Source of the DNA: Octopus sinensis | Lineage: Eukaryota | Length of the DNA stretch: 8,053 bases | Assembly: GCF_006345805.1 (NCBI RefSeq) | Contig: NW_021828504.1 | Span: 1-8,053, forward strand | Direction of reading: 5' to 3' | Shown here: positions 1 to 7,339 of the stretch, piece after piece | Layout: the number at the start of each line of letters is the position of its first letter | Numbering within the stretch: position 1 is the stretch's first letter | Position numbers and translations under genes: made by a program | The notes under the pieces: model-generated | Told to the model about the DNA's origin: nothing | Seen by the model: the letters and a program-made list of their open reading frames with translations, nothing else | Database searches by the model: none

Positions 1-76
1 AGAAAATAGATGTGAGATATGTAGGGATATTATTATATATATTAAAGTAATGACATATTTTTTTCTTTCCTTTTTC

Positions 77-106
77 TCTCTCTCCTTGTTTTCTCTCTCC
101 TTGTTT
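77..106. repeat. 15-bp perfect tandem duplication (TCTCTCTCCTTGTTT x2)
   Basis: 77-91 is identical to 92-106. Confidence 0.85.
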
Positions 107-130
107 GTTCTCCTTTTTTTTTCTGTGTCC

Positions 131-159
131 CTTTCTGTAGAAGAGCGTAGGCTCGAAAC
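131..159 (+). ncRNA. Degenerate minimal hammerhead ribozyme-like motif (cleavage site and 3' strand of stem I missing)
   Basis: Core-like CTGTAGA 135-141, extra A 142, stem II GAGC/GCTC with GTAG loop 143-154, GAAA 155-158. No NUH triplet or stem I partner follows. Confidence 0.5.
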
Positions 160-246
160 TTTTTCAATTTCCTGAGCGTTATACTATACATCCGTTTGTT
201 TTTGTACACCACCTGTCTTCGTCTTTTGTTTTTTTTCGTAAACTCT

Positions 247-249
<3 letters not shown>

Positions 250-305
<56 letters not shown>
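250..305. repeat. (TA)n microsatellite
   Basis: Perfect TA dinucleotide run. Confidence 0.97.
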
Positions 306-309
<4 letters not shown>

Positions 310-473
310 AGAATATATGTACATGCTATTATACACATATATTTAATAAGCCGTATAAAATAATCACTGTTGAACCGCTGAGTCAGAAATAAATCATTAC
401 AAACTACGATATATTGATTTCGTTTGGCAGCAAACAAAATAATATTGTATTGTTAGGAAAGCAAAATGTCGTC

Positions 474-590
474 CATTGATTCGAGATCCCCTACTCATGC
501 ACCTCACTGGTATTCATTGTGTTGAATCTCCATAAGGATCCATGTTAAAAAGGGTACCCTAGAGATAAATTAGGACTCGCATTGTAAAGG
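474..590 (-). mobile_element. Possible very old SINE remnant related to the 1777-1852 fragment
   Basis: ACTGGTATTCATTGTGTTGA resembles ACTGGTACTATTTTATCGA (1807-1825). Downstream AAGGAT...AAATTAGGACTC loosely fits the recalled continuation of that family. Highly diverged. Confidence 0.3.
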
Positions 591-1206
591 ATCAGAATGT
601 GTTGTTTTATACAGAATATGCTTTATTTTTGTGTATTTTTTAAAATCATTTATTTTTATCTGACGTTATTTGTTGTTTCTGTCCATGAATAATGTGAAGA
701 AAAGGAAAAAAATTGAAGCTAAGTAAATATAGCTACCATAACCAATAGTTATAAATCGACTTCTGTCGCTGATCCCTTCAACACAAACATATACATACAC
801 ACACGCGCACCTTTTGAACAAGTTTAAAAAGAAATAAAAAGAAATAAAGGACAAACAAAATGGCAGCTGTGTTTCATTGATTTTCCAATCAATTCTTTTT
901 CTTCTAACGTGATTTTTCAAACGAACGTCTGGGTATTTAAATAATTATTATTACCTGAAAGGAATACATTAAAAAGAAAAAAAAAACATCGGTCAGTTAA
1001 TTTAAAAGTATAAAATTAAAGAAATATTTTCTTTCTTTGATCTTGTATAAAATTGAAGAAATATTTTTTTTACAAAAGAAAAAAAACGCATCTGAAATTC
1101 TGTGCCGTGAGAAGTTTATTATAATCCAGACACGCTTCAAAGACCTTGAAAATACTCGCAGTATTATTACATCACCTGTAAAATGTATTATGTATATCAA
1201 TAGTAA

Positions 1207-1700
1207 CGCACAAACACTTAAACACACACACACACAGACGGACAGACACACACACAAACACACACATACAATCACACACACACAGACACACACTCAAACA
1301 CAAACACGTAACACACAAACGCACATACACACGAACAAACACACAACAAAAACAGTCATACAAACACAAAAACACACACACGCACACACACAAATACACA
1401 CGCAACACACAAGCACACACACACACACATACAAATACAAACAGACAGACACGCACACACATACAAGCAAACACACGACACACAAACACATACACACATA
1501 CAAACAGAAACACACATGCACACACACAAACGCACAAACACACACATATACAAACAGAAACACACATGCACACACACAAACGCACAAACACACACATATA
1601 CAAACACAAGCACGGACACACAAAACACACAAACACACACACACGCACAGTCACCAATACACACACACAAACACACACACACCAATTGTAACACCCATAC
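1207..1700. repeat. Degenerate (CA)n-rich simple repeat array
   Basis: About 490 bp of CACA/CAAA/CATA/CAGA variants. It contains an exact 50-bp tandem duplication (1501-1550 = 1551-1600). Confidence 0.95.
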
Positions 1701-1776
1701 AAAAATAGCGTCAAACCGTTCGCTTACGCCACTGATTTGGACAGCGCTAACATGAATGTGGGGAGGGAAGCAGTTG

Positions 1777-1852
1777 AATCGATTACATCGACTCCTCCAG
1801 TGCATGACTGGTACTATTTTATCGAAAGACAAAGTTGATCTCAGTGGAATTT
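1777..1852 (-). mobile_element. Fragment of a second SINE family (central domain, internally deleted)
   Basis: AATCGATTACATCGACTCCTCCAGTGCATGACTGGTACTATTTTATCGAAAGACAAAGTTGATCTCAGTGGAATTT matches my recollection of an abundant octopus SINE body. It shares a TCGAC..CCAG...CTGGTACT.ATT module with the SINE copy at 5535-5580. It stops where the 1862-2311 SINE begins. Confidence 0.55.
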
Positions 1853-2054
1853 ATATATTATTTTATTCTTTTATTTGTTTCAGTCATTTGACTGCGGCCA
1901 TGCTGGAACACCGTCTTTAGTCGAGCAAATCGTCTCCACTTATTCTATTCTATCGGTCTATTTTGCTGAACCGCTAACTTACAGGGATGGGAACACACCA
2001 ACATCGGTTGTCAACAGATGGTGGGGAACAAACACAGACACACAAGCACAGTCA

Positions 2055-2110
2055 CATACATACATACATACATACATACATACATACATACATACATACA
2101 TACATACATA
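2055..2110. repeat. (TACA)n tetranucleotide microsatellite inside the SINE
   Basis: Perfect CATA/TACA run. Confidence 0.95.
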
Positions 2111-2247
2111 CACACACTTATATATATATGCATATATATATATATTTACGACGGGCTTCTTTCAGTTTCCGTCTACCAAATCCACTCACAAGGCTTTGGT
2201 CGGCCCGAGGCTAAAGTAGAAGACACTTGCCCAAGGTGCCACGCTGT

Positions 2248-2301
2248 GCGACTGAACCCAGAACCATGTGGCTGGTAAGCAAGCTACTTACCACACAGCC
2301 A
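2248..2301 (-). promoter_or_regulatory. Internal RNA polymerase III type 2 promoter (A and B boxes) of the SINE
   Basis: A box TGGCTGTGTGG has 1 mismatch to TGGCNNAGTGG. B box GGTTCAGTCGC is degenerate relative to GGTTCGANNCC. The spacing is tRNA-like. Confidence 0.65.
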
Positions 2302-2449
2302 ATCCTGTGCCTATATATATAGAAAAACTGAAGGGCCGCAACAATGAGTGTGTAAATCTGAGAGGAGAAGAGGGTGAATTAAATCGTAATTAACTGATCC
2401 TCCTCCTACATTTACTTTTACCAAAGCCAGGGACTTTTGACCCGCACTC

Positions 2450-2565
2450 GTATTAGGTTTACGCTGAAGAAATAATTAGAAGAAATATTTTATATTTCGA
2501 GCATATGCTCGTCTGCAGAAAGAACAGATGATGGGAGAATGAAGGAAGAGAGAAAAGAAAAACCG
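2450..2565 (-). mobile_element. Diverged inverted relative of the 1-249 element
   Basis: The minus strand reads pyrimidine-rich leader, CTTT-CTGCAGA-C-GAGC-atat-GCTC-GAAA-TA-TA-AAA, then ATTTCTTCAGCGTAAACCTAATAC. This is collinear with 131-189. Boundaries are approximate. Confidence 0.6.
2488..2522 (-). ncRNA. Minimal type I hammerhead ribozyme-like motif with variant core
   Basis: Stem I TTT (2521-2519)/AAA (2490-2488), core CTGCAGA 2518-2512, extra C, stem II GAGC/GCTC, GAAA 2498-2495, loopless palindromic stem III, and AUA triplet ending at 2491. Confidence 0.55.
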
Positions 2566-2717
2566 TGTCTCAAGTTTAATAAATACTGTTTATTAAATTT
2601 ATTTATTCTGATATTCATGGCACATTAACGTTCTCCATCTTGTTTGTGAAATCTCCTCAGTTACTTCTTGGATAAATTTGTTCCGCTTCACCGATTCCTT
2701 TCCATTCATTGATTTTG

Positions 2718-2820
2718 AAAAAAAAGACAGAATTGTCACGAAGTCACGACTGGAACAACTTTGATCATAGGTTGTTGAAAACCGGGACTAGAAAACAAGA
2801 AGAGCAACAGCAACAACAAC
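2718..2820 (+). mobile_element. 3' end fragment of a SINE/LINE-like retroelement with (CAA)n tail
   Basis: CTGGAACAACTTTGATCATAGG (2750-2771) is 17/22 identical to 2991-3012. It ends in CAAGAAGAGCAACAGCAACAACAAC. Confidence 0.55.
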
Positions 2821-2844
2821 CACATGCTGAAGGACGGGTTTCTG

Positions 2845-3054
2845 AGAGAGAAATTCAGCATGGTTTCTTGACTTGCAAGAAATAACAGCCAAATCTCCCT
2901 CAAGTATACTTTACTGTTTAAGAGTTGAAGGACACTTTGGGAAATGCAGTCCTGGATGCATATTACGTGAAGAAAATTTTATGCCGGATGCTGCAATGTC
3001 TTTGATCATGGGCCTCGTCAATCAGAGCTAAACTTGTGCTAAAGGGTAACTAAC
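2845..3054 (+). mobile_element. Longer 3' fragment of the same retroelement family
   Basis: AGAAATAACAGCCAAATCTCCCTCAA ... CTGCAATGTCTTTGATCATGGG ... GCTAAA. It shows in-window homology to 2750-2771 and matches a recalled octopus repeat. Confidence 0.55.
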
Positions 3055-3056
3055 GG

Positions 3057-3093
3057 CTGAAGAAGTTCTATAAGGAATCGAACGTACATCAGT
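3057..3093 (+). ncRNA. Decayed hammerhead ribozyme-like motif
   Basis: CTGAAGA 3057-3063, extra A, stem II G-TTCT/ataa/GGAA-T-C 3065-3079, GAA (one A short) 3080-3082, near-palindromic ACGTACAT, TC at 3089-3090. No 5' strand of stem I. Confidence 0.4.
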
Positions 3094-3201
3094 AATTCAA
3101 GACTTAGCTAGCTAGGATCTTACTTGGCGACACAAACCCGTTTTCATCTCCTCCCCTCTTGTGTATTTCTGTTCAAAGCTGACAGCGAATTAGTATAAAA
3201 T

Positions 3202-3908
3202 TGACAATGCGATCAAATGGCATTTTGACAGGTTCACTGGTGACACATTGGCAGTGTGACAATGTGACAGGTCATCACGATAACTATTTGAGAAGTTGAT
3301 AGCTTGTCAAAATGAAATGTTGGCGGCGTAATCAGGTGATAGGTTGACAACAGACAGCTTGACAGCATAACAGCTTGATAAGGCAATATTTTGACAGAAG
3401 AACCAGACGAGTGATGGACAGCGTAACAAGGTGACAGAATAACAGGTTGACAGGTTAATCGGACAAGAGATTGAGAGCGTGTAAAAGTAATAGATTGACA
3501 AAGAAACCAGATGACAAGTTGACAAGGAAAGAGGTTGACATTGTAACTATTTGAGAGGTAGACAGCGTGATAGGGTGACCGAGTGAAGAGTGAACAAGGA
3601 TACTGGATGAAACAAGGATAATGTGAGAAGATGACAGGGTGGTCAAATGGCAAAGAGATACGTCAAGATGGAAATGTAGTATCCAGACGATAAATTGACC
3701 AAATGACAGGGCGACTTGATTAGGGTGGAAAAGTGACCCGGTAAATGTCTGATAACGTAATTGACAAGTTGACAGGCTGAGAGTACAAAACAATTAACGG
3801 TTGACTTGGGCGGAAGTGTTTCGCGTGGTGTCGAGGTTGAAAGATAACCGGATAACAGTGTGACCAGATAGTTAGGTGATAGGTTGATAGCGTGACCGGT
3901 TGACAGGG
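3202..3908 (+). repeat. Degenerate 8-bp-period minisatellite, consensus TGACAGGT
   Basis: In-phase octamers such as tgacacat tggcagtg tgacaatg tgacaggt catcacga taactatt tgagaagt tgatagct (3241-3304), continuing with occasional phase slips to tgaccggt tgacaggg (3893-3908). Confidence 0.9.
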
Positions 3909-4099
3909 AAACGAGGTGGATGGTTTAAGAAGATGGGAGGAGTAAATGAAATCAATCGAAAGACTTGAAAACAAAGAAAGTCAGTTTACAAAACGGGGTT
4001 TCTTTGAATATTTCCATAAGCACGAGTGAAGATTTTCGCATTGTTCATTGAGCTGGAAAAATGGGATTGACACTGCCAATACTGTAAACAAACATCAAG

Positions 4100-4420
4100 A
4101 CTACAACAACATCAAGAAGAAGAAGAAGAAGAAGAAAGAACAACGGCAACAACAACAAAACAAAAGACGAATATAGAAAAAAGCCGCAAGAATATTTCAT
4201 TAAAGTAAGTTCAACGAGAAGTTTCGAGTGTGGAACGAGAACACGGCAAAAAAAAAAAAAAAAAAAAAAATTAAGAAGCAAAAGAGGAAAAAAGAAAAGA
4301 AAAGAGAACGAAGAGCAAAAAGCAAAAAGGCAAAACCAAAAACAAACAAAAACCAAGCAAATATAAAAAGCAATAAAAGTTGAAAATAAAATAGAGAGAG
4401 CAAAAAAAAAAAAAACATGA
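4100..4420. repeat. A-rich low-complexity region with (CAA)n, (GAA)n and poly(A) runs
   Basis: (GAA)n at about 4113-4135, CAA repeats at 4138-4160, a poly(A) run at 4248-4270, and AAAAG/AAAAC variants to about 4415. Confidence 0.85.
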
Positions 4421-4534
4421 ATACACAAACAGAATTGCGATTGGAATATTTTGTATCGATTTCTGATGAGAAAGTCAAAGGCATGTCACGTGATACGGTT
4501 TTGTTTGCAAGCAACGTTTAGATAGTCGTAAAAT

Positions 4535-4601
4535 TATACATACATAAACACATACATACATATATATGTATATATATACATATAATATATATATAATATA
4601 T

Positions 4602-4700
<99 letters not shown>

Positions 4701-4936
4701 TATATATATACACATATATATATGTGTGTGTGTGTATCGACATATATATATATATATTAAGACATCCGTACAAATATATATATCCCCACGTACACTTACA
4801 GGCATATGCATACATACGTATGGATACACATACATATATATGAGTGTATCCATACTTACATCAATACACACACACACACACACACATATCTGTGTGTGTT
4901 TTTGTGTATGTATATGTATATATATGTATATATATG

Positions 4937-4980
<44 letters not shown>

Positions 4981-5077
4981 TATATATATCTGCTCAAAAA
5001 TATACACATATGTGTGTGTGCACATACATACATAATACACAGACACACACACGACCACACACACACACATATATGTA

Positions 5078-5110
<33 letters not shown>

Positions 5111-5168
5111 GCATATATATATGTATATATATATACATATATATATATATAAATATATGTATATATGC

Positions 5169-5224
<56 letters not shown>

Positions 5225-5250
5225 ATATGCATAAACAAAAATACATATAG
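4535..5250. repeat. Compound (TA)n/(CA)n/(TG)n microsatellite field
   Basis: Interrupted TA tracts alternate with CA and TG runs. Confidence 0.95.
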
Positions 5251-5465
5251 TATACATAGTGGAACACATGAATGGTATATATTTGAATGTACAAACAAGA
5301 TTAAAAAGTACTCAATAACGTGGCAGAGTGTAATTAACTGCTATAGTGATGAAATTCCACCCCGTTGCTTCTCCGAGTTAGTGTATTCTTTGAAGAACAC
5401 AAAGGATACCCACGTATGTATGCGTGAATGTATCTATGTATATATGTATGTATGGATGTGTTATA

Positions 5466-5683
5466 TTTTATTTGTTTTACTCATTAGAGGGCGGTCATGC
5501 TGGGGCAACACCTTGAAGAATTTTAGTCGAACGAATTGACCCCAGAATCTGTATTGTTTAAAGCCTGGTACTTATTCAATCCGTCTCTTGTATCGAACCG
5601 AAATGATTAGTTATAGTTATAGGTCCGTAAACAGGCCAACACCAGTTGTCAAGCAGCGGTAGTAGACAAACACAGACACACAC
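5466..5683 (-). mobile_element. Headless, diverged copy of the SINE at 1862-2311 (3' half only)
   Basis: Collinear matches to 1868-2044: TTTTATTTGTTT, GCGG(C/T)CATGCTGG, TTTAGTCGA, ACTTATTC, GAACCG, CCAACA, GTTGTCAA, ACAAACACAGACACAC. No tRNA head follows the internal microsatellite. Confidence 0.85.
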
Positions 5684-5779
5684 GTATATATACATATAAT
5701 AACATTATAATAAATAAAACATATGCATACATACATACATATATGTACATACCTACATCTATATGTATATATACATGCA

Positions 5780-5962
5780 TATATGGGTACAAGACACCAC
5801 AAATAAACGTAGAACACAACGAGAAACGAAAACATAAAACCAAACAAGGAAACGGACTTTTTTTAACAACGAAAAAACAGAGTACAGGACAACCAACATA
5901 AGGAAAATTCCCCTTCTTCAGCTGCCCCTGTTCGACTCAATGCGTGTTTCGAATGTAAGGGC
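5780..5962 (-). mobile_element. Short interspersed repeat fragment, probably Penelope-like-derived
   Basis: It starts at the edge of a TA/TACA tract (ATATGGGTACAAGAC). The minus strand contains CGAAACACGC and CTGAAGAAGGGG. I recognise it from memory as a common octopus repeat; there is no in-window second copy. Confidence 0.4.
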
Positions 5963-5964
5963 AG

Positions 5965-6257
5965 ATGTTTTTGTGTTTAGGATTACAAAATGGCTGACCG
6001 TTAGTAAGAAGAGACACATAAATAAGAAAGAAGAAAGCAAAGGACCACTGATGAGGTCACAGAAGTGTGATAAAAGAACTCTGGGCGAAATAAAATTGAG
6101 ATTAATGTAAAAAATAAAGCTGAAGCAAATTAACACCAAATATATAGTGCGTGTGTTTTTATTGGCTAAACTGGCAAAATGACCATTCCTAAATACAACA
6201 ATATCTGTTTCAGCACACGATTTCAATTCAAAATCTTGCAAAGCAAATATATAAACG
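5965..6257 (+). mobile_element. Short retroelement fragment (Penelope-like-derived) containing a hammerhead-like motif, ending in (TA)n
   Basis: Hammerhead-like motif at 6045-6084, AATAAA at 6089-6094 and 6113-6118, and a terminal (TA)n. The left boundary is approximate. Confidence 0.5.
6045..6084 (+). ncRNA. Minimal type I hammerhead ribozyme-like motif, GAAA box mutated
   Basis: Stem I CCA/TGG, canonical CTGATGA 6048-6054, stem II GTCACA/TGTGAT with GAAG loop, AAAA in place of CGAAA, short stem III AG-aa-CT, and CUC triplet ending at 6081. Confidence 0.6.

Positions 6258-6290
<33 letters not shown>
6258..6290. repeat. (TA)n microsatellite
   Basis: TA run. Confidence 0.95.
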
Positions 6291-6291
<1 letters not shown>

Positions 6292-6351
6292 ATAGACCCA
6301 TATGAAGCACAAGAGGGAGAATTTTAAGGGAATCGGTGTAAGGATGAATGA

Positions 6352-6571
6352 ATATGTATTTATATAGATGTGTGTGTGTGTTTGTGTGTGAACAATAAAT
6401 ATATATGTATGTATATATATATGTATATATTATATATATATTTATACATACCTATATATATAGTGAATATATATATATGTATACATATATATTATGTATA
6501 TATATATATGTATATATATGTATATATATATGTATATATATATATATATTATATATATATGTAATATATAT

Positions 6572-6614
<43 letters not shown>

Positions 6615-7043
6615 TGGTGGTGTGTGTGTATGTGTTTGTGTGCATGCGTCTGTGTATGCATATGCATTTATGTATACGTGAGTAACATATACACAGTTGT
6701 GTTGGAAAGATATCCTAAGTTTTAAACATACAGTCAATATAGATGTATACTATGTAACTATATAAATGTTATATATATATATAATATATATATATATCAT
6801 ATAACAATTACATTTTGTACATATATATATATATATATGTATACACACATATGCACATATATATATATATATACATATATATATTTGAATATATATATAT
6901 ATATATATATGCATGTAGTTACGTATATATGTACACATATATATACATATTAAACACACGCACACACTCACATATATATATATATATACATATATACGTA
7001 GATATATAATTACATATATGTGCATATTGGTATATATATATGT

Positions 7044-7075
<32 letters not shown>

Positions 7076-7255
7076 CATACACACATATACGTATATATAT
7101 ATTTATATATACATACTTAATGTATATATATATATATATAGTATTATATATATATATATATTATATATATATATATATATATAACATATATACACACACA
7201 CACACCGATACATTACCATACTTACATATATAGTAACATACAAAAACACACATAC
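6352..7255. repeat. Compound (TA)n/(TG)n/(CA)n microsatellite field
   Basis: About 900 bp of interrupted dinucleotide tracts. Confidence 0.95.
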
Positions 7256-7339
7256 GTAAATTCGTAAGCAGAGCATAAATATATTCTAGGATTGTGAAAG
7301 AACTTTGTAGCTGGCGGTTACTAGAATAGTCGTTGTTTA

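Larger units (their letters stand above)
1..249 (+). mobile_element. Short non-autonomous retroelement fragment (Penelope-like-derived) carrying a decayed hammerhead motif
   Basis: A pyrimidine-rich leader is followed by CTTT-CTGTAGA-A-GAGC-gtag-GCTC-GAAAC (131-159) and ATTTCCTGAGCGTTATACTATAC (167-189). Both blocks have a diverged inverted homolog at 2450-2522. The element ends abruptly at a (TA)n tract, and its left end may lie outside the window. The family assignment is inference. Confidence 0.6.
1862..2311 (-). mobile_element. Near-full-length tRNA-derived SINE (octopus type, CORE-like segment, internal microsatellite)
   Basis: The minus strand begins GGCACAGGATTGGCTGTGTGGTAAG. A box TGGCTGTGTGG at 2301-2291, B box-like GGTTCAGTCGC at 2258-2248, and CORE-like CCTTGGGCAAGTGTCTT at 2236-2220. 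Internal (TACA)n/(TA)n at 2055-2145 and an A-rich tail at 1880-1862. The 3' half is homologous to 5466-5683. Confidence 0.9.

Noticed and set aside
1170-1190. Second minus-strand AG|GT (TTTTACAG|GTGATG at 1176/1175)
   Set aside because: The pyrimidine tract is short, the donor is weak and there is no clear branch point. This is expected by chance in AT-rich DNA.
997-1832. Long overlapping ORFs (223 aa +, 180 aa -, and others) rich in HT or CV
   Set aside because: They are translations of the CA/TG array, which lacks stop codons. They show no domain-like sequence.
2240-2311. tRNA-like sequence on the minus strand
   Set aside because: It has A and B boxes but no convincing cloverleaf or acceptor stem, and it runs directly into the SINE body. 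It is a SINE head, not a tRNA gene.
2464-2486. Plus-strand CTGAAGA...GAAA
   Set aside because: No stem II lies between the boxes. The segment is the antisense of the downstream block of the minus-strand element.
3202-3908. Possible CRISPR-like array
   Set aside because: There is no constant 23-50 bp repeat with unique spacers, no cas genes, and the context is eukaryotic.
3234-3974. Four overlapping minus-strand ORFs with recurring LST/CHL/VTL words
   Set aside because: They are explained by the 8-bp repeat read in rotating frames. No single long frame is maintained.
4460-4480. TTT-CTGATGA-GAAA-GTC-AAA: hammerhead boxes, GUC and a 3-bp stem I in the correct order
   Set aside because: There is no stem II or stem III, so it cannot fold. 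It may be chance or a deletion relic, and there is no supporting repeat context.
4045-4514. Hydrophobic F/L-rich minus-strand ORFs resembling membrane proteins
   Set aside because: They derive from the A-rich low-complexity tract read as poly-T codons.
4721-4750. 28/30 direct match to 8011-8040 (TATGTGTGTGTG..TATCGA.ATATATATA)
   Set aside because: It is almost entirely dinucleotide repeat. Only ATCGA is informative, which is too little to claim homology.
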